Assembly (NCBI GenBank): GCA_037441385.1
Contig: JBBISH010000031.1
Location: 1-52,880 of the forward strand
Source of the DNA: Myxococcales bacterium
GTDB lineage: Bacteria; Myxococcota_A; UBA9042
Direction of reading: 5' to 3'
DNA length: 52,880 nucleotides
The stretch's first letter is position 1. Each line of letters begins with the position of its first letter. The position numbers and the translations under genes were made by a program. Below are positions 1-9,370 of the stretch, piece by piece. A model generated the notes under the pieces. That model was not told the origin of the DNA. It did not search any database and saw nothing but the letters and a program-made list of their open reading frames with translations.

Positions 1-1
1 C

Positions 2-1087
2 TCGGCCGGCACTCTTGGCGAGGTGATCGCGCGCCTGCGTGGCGAACAGCCGTGGCCCGAGCCGGCCAACGACGACCTGCCCGACAGCGGGCCGCGCCAG
101 TACCTCTGTTGGTCCGACGTGCGCGGCCACGAGCAGGCCAAACGCGCGCTGGAAGTCGCGGCCGCTGGCGGCCACAACGCGGTGCTGAGCGGCGCGCCTG
201 GGACAGGAAAAACCATGCTGGCCAGGCGCTTGCCCACGATCCTGCCCCAGCTGACCGACCGCGAGGCCATTGAGGTCACCAAAATTCACTCGGTGGCGGG
301 GCTGCTCCCCAGTCGTTCGGGCCTGTTGCGGACGCGGCCGTTCCGCGCGCCGCACCACACAGCCTCGGCGGCGTCGCTGGTGGGCGGCGGCAGTGTGCCC
401 CGACCTGGCGAGGTGTCGCTGGCCCACCGCGGCGTGCTGTTCTTGGATGAGCTCGCGGAATTCCCTCAGATCGGAAGAGCATGCCTGCGGCAACCGCTGG
501 AAGACGGCACGGCGGTGGTGACGCGGGCGCGGCTGGCCGTAACGTTCCCCGCGCGGACGCTGCTGGTGGCGGCGCTGAATCCCTGTGCTTGCGGCCACTT
601 TGGCAATGGCGACGGCCGCTGCACCTGCACGCCGCTGCAGCTCGAGCGCTACCAAAGCCGCCTATCGGGGCCGCTCTTGGACCGCATCGACGTGCAACTG
701 CGTTTGCCCAGTCTGCCCGGCGAGTTGCTGCGCCATGGGCCCAGCGGCGACACCTCGGATGTCGTGCGCGCCCGGGTGATCGCGGCGCGTCAGCGTCAGG
801 CCGAACGGTACAGCCCGCACGACTTGGGCGGCGCCATGGCCACCAACGCCGAAGTGAGCATGGCGGTCCTGCGCAAGACTTCGCCGCTGGAGCCTGCGGT
901 CCACGATCTGCTCATCCGCGCTCTGGACGCCTACGGCCTGTCGCCACGGGCTCACGACCGCGTCTGGCGAGTGGCGCGCACCATCGCCGATTTGGGGGGC
1001 GCAGAGCACATCGCGGCGCCGCACCTGGCCGAGGCGCTGCAGTATCGCTGGTTCGACCGGCGGCTGCCGGTGGCGCTGGCCGCGTAA
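2..1087 (+). CDS. comM: ComM/YifB family Mg-chelatase-like AAA+ ATPase (5'-partial; frame open to window start)
   Basis: Walker A GAPGTGKTMLA, RPFRAPHHTAS, GEVSLAHRGVLFLDE, LNPCACG zinc motif, LSGPLLDRID, RVARTIADL. Confidence 0.95.
   Translation, partial: SAGTLGEVIARLRGEQPWPEPANDDLPDSGPRQYLCWSDVRGHEQAKRALEVAAAGGHNAVLSGAPGTGKTMLARRLPTILPQLTDREAIEVTKIHSVAGLLPSRSGLLRTRPFRAPHHTASAASLVGGGSVPRPGEVSLAHRGVLFLDELAEFPQIGRACLRQPLEDGTAVVTRARLAVTFPARTLLVAALNPCACGHFGNGDGRCTCTPLQLERYQSRLSGPLLDRIDVQLRLPSLPGELLRHGPSGDTSDVVRARVIAARQRQAERYSPHDLGGAMATNAEVSMAVLRKTSPLEPAVHDLLIRALDAYGLSPRAHDRVWRVARTIADLGGAEHIAAPHLAEALQYRWFDRRLPVALAA
468..481 (+). other. Illumina TruSeq adapter prefix AGATCGGAAGAGCA embedded in comM (assembly artefact)
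   Basis: Exact 14-nt match to the adapter prefix. It replaces the normally conserved EFPRxVLE segment with EFPQIGRA. Confidence 0.85.
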
Positions 1088-1196
1088 GCGCACGCAAACA
1101 CAATCGTTCGCCGCCCACACGCACCGACCGAGCGGCACTTCGCCGCCTTGGGCCGCCGGGGTCCGGCCTTTCTGACCCTATTTGCAGGAGAGCACC

Positions 1197-2219
<1,023 letters not shown>

Positions 2220-2369
2220 GAGCCCCAAAGAAGGAGCGGCCGCGGGCAGGTGCTGCGGGCGCAACAAGCGACATGCCGTCCGTGGGGGCGGCGTGCGAGG
2301 AAGTCGGTCTGGCTGCGGCTGGCCGACGTGGATGGGCGTCCGGAAAGGCGCCCGTGAGGGAGTGCGATC

Positions 2370-2726
2370 ATGGGTGATTTGAACAAGGTGATGCTGATCG
2401 GTCGGTTGGGCAACAAGCCGGAGCTGCGCAAGCTGGCCAACGGCGATCCGGTGTGCAGCCTGCGCGTGGCCACCTCGTACGGCAGCCAGCAGGACGGCAA
2501 GTTCGAGCGCGAGACGCTGTGGCACCAGGTGTCGGTGTGGGGCAAGCAGGCCGAGGCGTGCGCCGAGCACCTAGAAAAGGGCCGGCTGGTCTACGTGGAG
2601 GGCACGTTGCGGCCGGATGACTGGAAGGACAAGGACGGCGTCATCCACCACGGCCGCGAGGTGCGGGCGGCGCATGTGTACTTCCTGGGCAGCAAGCCGG
2701 GCGAGGTGCAGCAGATCGCGGCGTAG
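2370..2726 (+). CDS. ssb: Single-stranded DNA-binding protein, OB-fold only (no acidic C-terminal tail)
   Basis: LNKVMLIGRLG..PELR, VATS, WHQVSVWGKQAE, KGRLVYVEG. GAGGGAG RBS. Confidence 0.95.
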   Translation: MGDLNKVMLIGRLGNKPELRKLANGDPVCSLRVATSYGSQQDGKFERETLWHQVSVWGKQAEACAEHLEKGRLVYVEGTLRPDDWKDKDGVIHHGREVRAAHVYFLGSKPGEVQQIAA

Positions 2727-2753
2727 TCTGCGCGAGCGCCGGGTGAGGGCCGG

Positions 2754-2790
2754 GGCCCCCTTCGCAGCTTTGGGTTGCGGAGGGGGCCTT
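2754..2790 (+). terminator. Stem-loop after ssb (probable terminator)
   Basis: GGCCCCCTTCGCAGC-tttgg-GTTGCGGAGGGGGCC, 15-bp stem with 2 G-U pairs, followed only by TT. Confidence 0.6.
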
Positions 2791-2943
2791 GCGTGCGGGA
2801 CGGGCAATGCCGCGGGATTTGGGCGGCGGTCGGGCGGCCGGATGGGTAAAACTCAGACTTTGTCGCGAAGCTGAGGAAGTACTTTCCCTTTGGACGCCTG
2901 CTGAGCAGACGTGTACGAATGACGGCCGTAGGCCCCAGCGTGC

Positions 2944-2973
2944 CCTGGAACGTCATGACCTGGAACGTCATGA
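2944..2973. repeat. Perfect 15-bp tandem duplication CCTGGAACGTCATGA x2
   Basis: Copies at 2944-2958 and 2959-2973. Confidence 0.9.
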
Positions 2974-3139
2974 ACCGCGTTGGCCACGGCTGAATGCCGG
3001 TGACATCAAGGACTTCGAACGAGTCGGCGACAACGGAAATGCACCGCGCATTGCGCAATACCGCTGGACGGCGGGAGGGATCCGCGCTATTCAGCCCGGC
3101 GGGTAGGGCCTGCGCAGGCCGCCCTGGAGATCGACAAGG

Positions 3140-4429
3140 ATGAAGAAGTGCGGTCAACTCAAGTTCATCGACTTGTTCTCGGGCGCTGGGGGCATGAGCT
3201 TTGGGTTTGCCAGGCACCCAATGTTCCGTCCGGTCTTTGCGGTCGATGCTCAGTGCGGGAAACCGAGTAGTGGGCCCGGTTCACTGGAATGCAACCTGAC
3301 ATATACGAAAAATATCGGCCTTGAGGTGCGCGAGGCCGACCTTGCTTCCTATGCTCCGGAACTACTGCTGGCAGAGTCTGGATTGGCACCTGGCGAACTC
3401 GATGTGCTGATATCATGCGCACCTTGCACTGGATTCAGCCGGACATTGCGAAAGAACCACCTCGAAGACGACGAGCGAAACAGCCTGGTACAGCGTACTG
3501 GGGACTTCGTCGCACTCCTCCGGCCCCAGATCTTGGTGATGGAGAACGCGAGGGAGCTGATCCGGGGAAACTTTTCGCACCACTACCACAAGCTTCGGGA
3601 ACGGCTTGAGCAGCTTGGGTATTCGGTAAGCGGCGAGATTCACATGCTGTCGGAGTTCGGATTGCCCCAAGTGCGCGAACGCGCCTTGATAATTGCTCAC
3701 CGCGATCACGGGCAGATCCATACCTTGCGAGACCTCTGGAGCGGATATAGGCCGTCAGCGTCCGCAATCACAGTGCGACACGCGATCGGTTCGCTACCGC
3801 CGATCGCCGCCGGCGTCGAAAACGCGGCCGATCCGATGCACGTGGCCCCGAACATGACCGGGCTCACTGCCGAGCGCCTTGCCATGACGCCACACGACGG
3901 TGGCTCCTGGCTGGACTTGGCCGGCAACCCACGGGGTGAGCACTTGCTGACGCCAGCGATGAGGCGGTCTGCCGTTGCGGGCGCGTGGGGCGACCACCCG
4001 GACGTATACGGGCGGCTCTGGTGGGACCGGCCGTGCGTGACAATCAAGAGGGAATGCGCGCATGTTGGAAATGGCCGCTACGCACACCCAGAACAAGATC
4101 GGCTCTGCACGGTTCGCGAACTCGCGTTGCTCAACGGATTTCCGTCGGACTACGAGTTTGTCGGACGTTCACTTTCAAACAAATATCGCCACATCGGTGA
4201 TGCCGTGCCACCGCTGATCAGTCATCAACTCGCGCACGCGTGCCACTGGATGCTGACCGGAGTGCGCCCTGGCCTCAAGGATTGCCTGCTGCGCGGTACC
4301 AGTCTGTCGTCTGGGGACGTCATCAGTGTTGACGACGAGTCCCTCCTCCCGCTATTCGCGAACAAGGGATACCAATCGGCTCGACCGGCTGCCCAGTCTG
4401 CCAGTCGAATCAGCGCGCCACCGGGATAG
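3140..4429 (+). CDS. DNA (cytosine-5)-methyltransferase of a Type II R-M system
   Basis: Motif I DLFSGAGG, IV SCAPCTGFS, VI MENA, VIII PQVRER, IX RLCTVRELALLNGFP, X YRHIGDAVPP. Confidence 0.95.
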   Translation: MKKCGQLKFIDLFSGAGGMSFGFARHPMFRPVFAVDAQCGKPSSGPGSLECNLTYTKNIGLEVREADLASYAPELLLAESGLAPGELDVLISCAPCTGFSRTLRKNHLEDDERNSLVQRTGDFVALLRPQILVMENARELIRGNFSHHYHKLRERLEQLGYSVSGEIHMLSEFGLPQVRERALIIAHRDHGQIHTLRDLWSGYRPSASAITVRHAIGSLPPIAAGVENAADPMHVAPNMTGLTAERLAMTPHDGGSWLDLAGNPRGEHLLTPAMRRSAVAGAWGDHPDVYGRLWWDRPCVTIKRECAHVGNGRYAHPEQDRLCTVRELALLNGFPSDYEFVGRSLSNKYRHIGDAVPPLISHQLAHACHWMLTGVRPGLKDCLLRGTSLSSGDVISVDDESLLPLFANKGYQSARPAAQSASRISAPPG

Positions 4430-5162
4430 TCCAAGTCGCGTGCAGTTTGCAGACTCGAACGTCAAGGGAAGTTACTGTGACCTTTTCGACGCTTCCGTCG
4501 AGTCGCAGCTTCCAGGCAGGCTTGCCCCGGAAGTGGACGTTGGCACTCGTACTGCCGTTCTCGGTCTTCGAAGAAAACGCGGCCGGCTCTAGATCGCCCG
4601 CAGCCTGCAGTATCTCTAATGGAATTTCCAGAAGCTCGTAGCGGACGTGGGCGGGTTGGTCAAATGCCCTGAGGCAGAGCACACGGTCATACTTCTTGAA
4701 GTGTTCGAGAATCGAACTGGTGACACCTGCAACGAAATCTTCGGGTGTGCGACACCCGCGAATCCAGCGCGCCTCCATCAGCTTCGAGATTGTGACACGG
4801 GCCGGCCTGATGTCGGCCGACGCTTCCGTCTTCAGCGAATAGCGAACGCCGTCCACAGTCACGTCTGCTCCGGCAAAGGTCTGGCTTCGGCCCACGGCCG
4901 CCAGTCGGCCCGAGGAGCGGGCTGAGGCCGCGAACGCGAACTCAAAAGGGCGCTTGCTAAGCTTCTCATCATGTGTGGCGTGGTGAATTAGTAGTCGATT
5001 TCTAAAGTCTTCTGCGAACGCTGGCGTGACAATGTCGGAATCTGAGAGTTGCTCCGTGATAGGCCGTTGCAGAACCTCGGCAATTTCCAGAAGGACTCTG
5101 ATCTGAGCGTCAGTGAGGCCTGACAAAGCCGTGGCCAGCCTGGATTTCGGCGATTTAGGCAT
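4410..5162 (-). CDS. Type II restriction endonuclease, SmaI-like PD-(D/E)xK family (250 aa)
   Basis: RLLIHH, FEFAF, GADVTVDG..SLKTEA, ISKLME, LEHFKKYDRVLCLR, YELLEIP, LDG..EK, CKLHATW mirror blocks of R.SmaI as recalled. ATG 5162 overlaps the C-gene stop. Confidence 0.8.
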   Translation of the reverse strand: MPKSPKSRLATALSGLTDAQIRVLLEIAEVLQRPITEQLSDSDIVTPAFAEDFRNRLLIHHATHDEKLSKRPFEFAFAASARSSGRLAAVGRSQTFAGADVTVDGVRYSLKTEASADIRPARVTISKLMEARWIRGCRTPEDFVAGVTSSILEHFKKYDRVLCLRAFDQPAHVRYELLEIPLEILQAAGDLEPAAFSSKTENGSTSANVHFRGKPAWKLRLDGSVEKVTVTSLDVRVCKLHATWTIPVAR

Positions 5163-5403
5163 CAGACCCCTGCAAAGCTCGCCGAAGGAGCTGATCTGGG
5201 GCGATGCCGACGGCCTTTGCCACGGCAATGAAGACCAGAAGAGTAGGCGATTTGCGGTCGTTCTCAATGTCGCCGACGTAGGTAGGGTGAAGCCCCGCGA
5301 TGGCTGCCACCTGCTCCTGCGTCAGGCCCGCATCATGCCGGGCCTGACGCAAGGCCTGCCCGACCGAACCTGAAGCTGAACTTGCGCGGCCATTTTTTCC
5401 CAT
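5155..5403 (-). CDS. Controller (C) protein, XRE-family HTH
   Basis: GQALRQAR..AGLTQEQVA..AGLHPTYVGDIE..RKSPTL. Lies directly upstream of and overlaps the endonuclease gene. Confidence 0.9.
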   Translation of the reverse strand: MGKNGRASSASGSVGQALRQARHDAGLTQEQVAAIAGLHPTYVGDIENDRKSPTLLVFIAVAKAVGIAPDQLLRRALQGSDA

Positions 5404-5410
5404 GGCGCGG

Positions 5411-5452
5411 AGTGTGACTGCGCGGGGCGGGACCGTACACAGACTATAGTAT
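5411..5452 (-). promoter_or_regulatory. C-box-like operator and probable leaderless promoter of the C-R operon
   Basis: Minus strand reads TACTATAGTCTGTG (C-box-like), then CACACT (-10-like) 7 nt before the ATG. No SD sequence. Confidence 0.6.
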
Positions 5453-6044
5453 GAGGTGCCGGTCGGAGGTGCCGTGGGCTACCAACGCGGCCACGGCGCA
5501 CGATCGGAACCGGTATTCGAGCGTTCGCTTGTACAGCCAATGTTGTCTGCCGAACTTGACCAAGATGCAGTGTTGATTCAGCAGTCGGTATCCGCACTCG
5601 GGGGGAATCGGGTCACACTTCGTCGCGCCCCGAAGCCCAATTCCGCCGCCGGCCAGGTAGACAAGCAACGCGCGCAGGCCCATCGTGCTTGAATTCGGCA
5701 ACGATAGCTGGACCGAGGTGCGCCCGAAAGACGTTTTCGCAGGCTGGTCGGGGAGGGCGACGGTGGGCTTGCGGCAGCAGCTCGCCATCCCGGCGCGTCA
5801 GCCCGGTTCGCCGACGCCGCGCAAGGTAATGCGGCACCGCGCTGGCCGCAAGCCCTCGCCGGCCAACGCGATGCCCGCACTCACCTGGCTACTTCCGGCC
5901 AAAGTACTCGCCGATCGCCGCAAAGCGCTCGAACGGGCCGCCGTCGAACTTGCTCATGGTGCCGCCTGGTGTCGCAGGTGGCCGCGGTGGTTGACCGATG
6001 CGGCCGCGGTCATGGTAGCTGGGGCGGTGCGGGGGGCAAGAAAG

Positions 6045-6282
6045 GCGGCCGATCGACCGGCCTTGGGCGGAACCGACGCCCAGCAAGGGCGGGTTGCCTG
6101 CCCTGGTGGGGCGGGTCGTGCGACCCTGCAGGGTGGACCGACTGCCCTCCAGGGGCGGGCCATCCGGGTAGGTAAGGTGCGCTCCGTGCCCGGTAGCGGC
6201 GGCCGCGCGACGGCCGCCCCGCGAAAGGGGGGCGTAACCCGGAGGGCGGTGGCGCGGGTGGGCCGCAAGTCGCCGCGCCACA
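6045..6282 (+). ncRNA. Candidate structured non-coding RNA/DNA element (series of GC-rich hairpins), family unknown
   Basis: About 8 adjacent stem-loops. G-U pairs are consistent only with the + strand. No credible ORF. Confidence 0.35.
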
Positions 6283-6498
6283 ACCAGGCACCCTTCTTCG
6301 GCCCAGCCGCGTCGCCGGGCGCGCAGGCCGGCAGGCCGGAGCGCCTAGCACCCGGTCCGCGCGCAGCGCGGATTCGCCCAACCGCCGTCACGGGCTCCAG
6401 ACTGCCGACCGGTCCAGAACCGACGCCAGGCGCCAGACATCCGCCCAAGCCGGCCGCCGAGCACTCCCAACAAAACCGATCAATTTCTCAAATAAAAC

Positions 6499-9066
6499 TT
6501 ACCCCGCCACGACTACGCTCACCATCTTCCCCGGCACCACGATCACCTTGGCAATCTTCTTGCCCTCGGTGAACCGCTGCACGTTCGCGTCCGCCAGAGC
6601 CAGGCTCTGCAGCACATCCTGCGGCGCATCGGCTGGCACCACCAGCCGCGCCCGCAGCTTGCCGTTGACCTGCACCGGGATCTCGACGGTGTCGTCGACG
6701 CAGAGCGCCGGGTCGTAGTCCGGCCACGGCACCAGGCCGACCGACGGCGCATGGCCCAGCTTCTCCCAGATCTCCTCGGCCAGGTGCGGCGCGTAGGGCG
6801 CCACGATCACTGCGAAGTTCTCGGCGACTTCCACCGGCAGCGCTTCGAGCTTGGCGCAGTCATTCAGCAGCGCCATCATCGCGGCGATCGCGGTGTTGAA
6901 GCGGAGATTGGCCGTATCGTCGCCGACTTTGGCGATCGTCTTGTGCAGCGAGCGACGGATCTTGTCGTCGGGCGCCGTCGCCGTCAGCGGCTTGTCGTAC
7001 AGGAACCACAGCCGCGACAAGAAGCGCCGTGTGCCATAGAGGCCATTGGTCGCCCAGGGTTTGGTGGCCTCTAGCGGCCCCATGAACATCTCGTACAGGC
7101 GGAAGGCGTCCGCGCCGAACTCGCGCAGCATGTCGTCGGGATTGACCACGTTGCCGCGCGATTTTGACATCTTCTCGCCGTCTTCGCCCAGGATCATGCC
7201 TTGGTTGACCAGCCGCTGGAACGGCTCGTTGGTGGGCACCACGCCCAAGTCGAACAGAACCTTGTGCCAGAAGCGCGAGTACAGCAGGTGCAGCACGGCG
7301 TGCTCGGCGCCGCCCACATACAGGTCGACCGGCAGCCAGTGCTTGACCGCCTCGGGGCTGGCAAGCGCCTGATCGTTCTTGGGATCCAGGTAGCGCAGGT
7401 AGTACCAGCACGAGCCGGCCCACTGCGGCATGGTATTGGTCTCGCGGGCGAACCAGCGGCCGTCACGCTCGAAGTACAGCCAATCGTGGCATTTGCTGAG
7501 CGGCGGCTCGGCGTTGCCGGTCGGCTGAAAGTCCTCCGTCACGGGCAAGGTCAGCGGCAGCTCGCTCTCGTGCACCGGCAGCGGCGCGCCGTACATGACC
7601 CGCCACGAGTCGGTTTGGACCAGATCGGCCACCTGCGCCGGCGTCAGCCCCGCCTCGCTGAGCGGCGAGCCATCCACCACCGAAATGATTGGATAGTACA
7701 CAGGAATCGGCTCGCCCCAGTACCGCTGCCGCGAGAAGACCCAGTCGCGCAGCTTGTAGTTGACGCGCTTCTCGCCAATGCCGCGATCGGCCAGCTCGGC
7801 GGTGATGCGCCGCTTGAATTCCGCCGTCGTCATGCCGGAGTACGGGCCGCTGTTCAGCGCCAGACCGTCGTCGGTGTAGGCCTCGCTCAACTCGTGGTCA
7901 AAGGGCTGGCCATCCGGCGAAAGTACCGGGATGATCGGCAGATCAAAGGCCTTGGCAAAGGCAAAGTCGCGCTCGTCGTGCGCCGGCACCGCCATGATCG
8001 CACCGGTGCCGTAGCCCCCCAGCACGTAGTCGGCCACCCAGATCGGGATCTTCTCGTCATTGACCGGATTGATCGCATAGCGCCCGGTAAAGACGCCCGT
8101 TTTCTCCTTGCCGGCATCCTGGCGATCGCGCTCGGACTTGCGGCGGGCCGCCTCGACATACGCGTCGACCGCGTCCTTCTGCGCGGCGGTCACCAAGCGA
8201 TCCAGCAGCGCGTGCTCCGGCGCAATCACCATGTAGGTCGCGCCGTACAGCGTGTCGGGCCGAGTGGTGAACACGCGCAAGGTGCCCAAATCGTCCTCGA
8301 CCGCGAAGTCGACCTCGGCGCCCTCGGACCGGCCGATCCAATTGCGCTGCATGGCTTTGATGCCTTCGGGCCAGTCCAGCGTGTCCACGCCCGCCAGCAA
8401 TTGCTCTGCGTAGGCAGTGATCTTCAGCATCCACTGCCGCATGGGCATGCGCACGACCGGGTGGCCGCCGCGCTCGCTTTTGCCGTCCTGCACTTCTTCG
8501 TTGGCCAGCACGGTGCCCAGCGCTGGGCACCAGTTCACGGGCACTTCGGCTTGATAGGCCAGGCCCTTCTTGAACAACTGCAAGAAGATCCACTGCGTCC
8601 ACTTGTAGTAGGTGGGGTCAGTGGTGTCGACTTCGCGGTCCCAGTCGTAGCTGAAGCCCAAGGCCTGGATCTGCCGGCGGAACGTGGCGATGTTCTTCTG
8701 AGTCGTCACGGCCGGGTGGGTGCCGGTTTGAATGGCGTACTGCTCCGCCGGCAGGCCAAAGGCGTCCCAGCCCATCGGGTGCAGCACGTTGTGGCCGCGC
8801 ATCCGCAGGTAGCGGCAGTAGATGTCGGTCGCCGTGTAGCCCTCTGGGTGGCCGACGTGCAGGCCCGCGCCAGACGGATACGGAAACATGTCGAGCACGT
8901 ACGTCTTGGGCTTGCCGTGGTCGATGTGCGTGGCAAAGGTCTTGTTCTGGACCCAGAAGCGCTGCCACTTGGCTTCGATGCGGGCAAACTCGTATTTGCG
9001 GGCCTCGTCGTCGGCGGCCGGCGCGACGGGCTGGGGCGCTGCGAGGGGCGGGGTAGGGTTCGACAT
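6499..9066 (-). CDS. leuS: Leucine--tRNA ligase
   Basis: [71 protein letters not shown]. Confidence 0.99.
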   Translation of the reverse strand: MSNPTPPLAAPQPVAPAADDEARKYEFARIEAKWQRFWVQNKTFATHIDHGKPKTYVLDMFPYPSGAGLHVGHPEGYTATDIYCRYLRMRGHNVLHPMGWDAFGLPAEQYAIQTGTHPAVTTQKNIATFRRQIQALGFSYDWDREVDTTDPTYYKWTQWIFLQLFKKGLAYQAEVPVNWCPALGTVLANEEVQDGKSERGGHPVVRMPMRQWMLKITAYAEQLLAGVDTLDWPEGIKAMQRNWIGRSEGAEVDFAVEDDLGTLRVFTTRPDTLYGATYMVIAPEHALLDRLVTAAQKDAVDAYVEAARRKSERDRQDAGKEKTGVFTGRYAINPVNDEKIPIWVADYVLGGYGTGAIMAVPAHDERDFAFAKAFDLPIIPVLSPDGQPFDHELSEAYTDDGLALNSGPYSGMTTAEFKRRITAELADRGIGEKRVNYKLRDWVFSRQRYWGEPIPVYYPIISVVDGSPLSEAGLTPAQVADLVQTDSWRVMYGAPLPVHESELPLTLPVTEDFQPTGNAEPPLSKCHDWLYFERDGRWFARETNTMPQWAGSCWYYLRYLDPKNDQALASPEAVKHWLPVDLYVGGAEHAVLHLLYSRFWHKVLFDLGVVPTNEPFQRLVNQGMILGEDGEKMSKSRGNVVNPDDMLREFGADAFRLYEMFMGPLEATKPWATNGLYGTRRFLSRLWFLYDKPLTATAPDDKIRRSLHKTIAKVGDDTANLRFNTAIAAMMALLNDCAKLEALPVEVAENFAVIVAPYAPHLAEEIWEKLGHAPSVGLVPWPDYDPALCVDDTVEIPVQVNGKLRARLVVPADAPQDVLQSLALADANVQRFTEGKKIAKVIVVPGKMVSVVVAG

Positions 9067-9370
9067 GGCGTATCCTTTGCGATAGGGGGCAGGCGGTCAT
9101 TCCTGCTGCGGGCGAACCGTGCCGCTTTTTGCACGGCGACGCAAGCCGGACGGGCGCCGTTGCCGCCAGAGCGCCTTTCTCCGCCTCATACGAACCCCGT
9201 CTGATTCACGCCTGTACGGCTCCTCTGACCCGGTCTGCAACCGACGAGAATCAGGCGGGGACCCCGGTTCGGGCCCGAAGAATTGCCGAAGTTTTCGAGC
9301 CGATTTGGACGGAAACCGTATCGTTCTGCTGCGAACGTCCGTGTGGCAGCCCGACCGTGGGCGACGCTTG

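Noticed and set aside
1095..1112. LexA box upstream of recA
   Set aside because: Only a GTTCG half-site; several mismatches to the Myxococcus consensus
5444..5880. ORFs between the C gene and the hairpin element
   Set aside because: No recognisable motifs or consistent codon bias; at most a decayed remnant
5889..5957. 22-aa minus-strand peptide MSKFDGGPFERFAAIGEYFGRK
   Set aside because: Weak RBS and no context; cannot be supported from sequence alone
9110..9170. c-di-GMP-I riboswitch-like words (GGCGAACC...GGCGACGCAAGCC)
   Set aside because: No GNRA loop or receptor stem, and no downstream gene on that strand
9192..9222. Group II intron domain V-like GAGCCGTA...GGTTC on the minus strand
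   Set aside because: Inner pairing fails; no other intron domains or RT gene
9067..9370. T-box leader for leuS
   Set aside because: No TGGNACC T-box consensus on the minus strand
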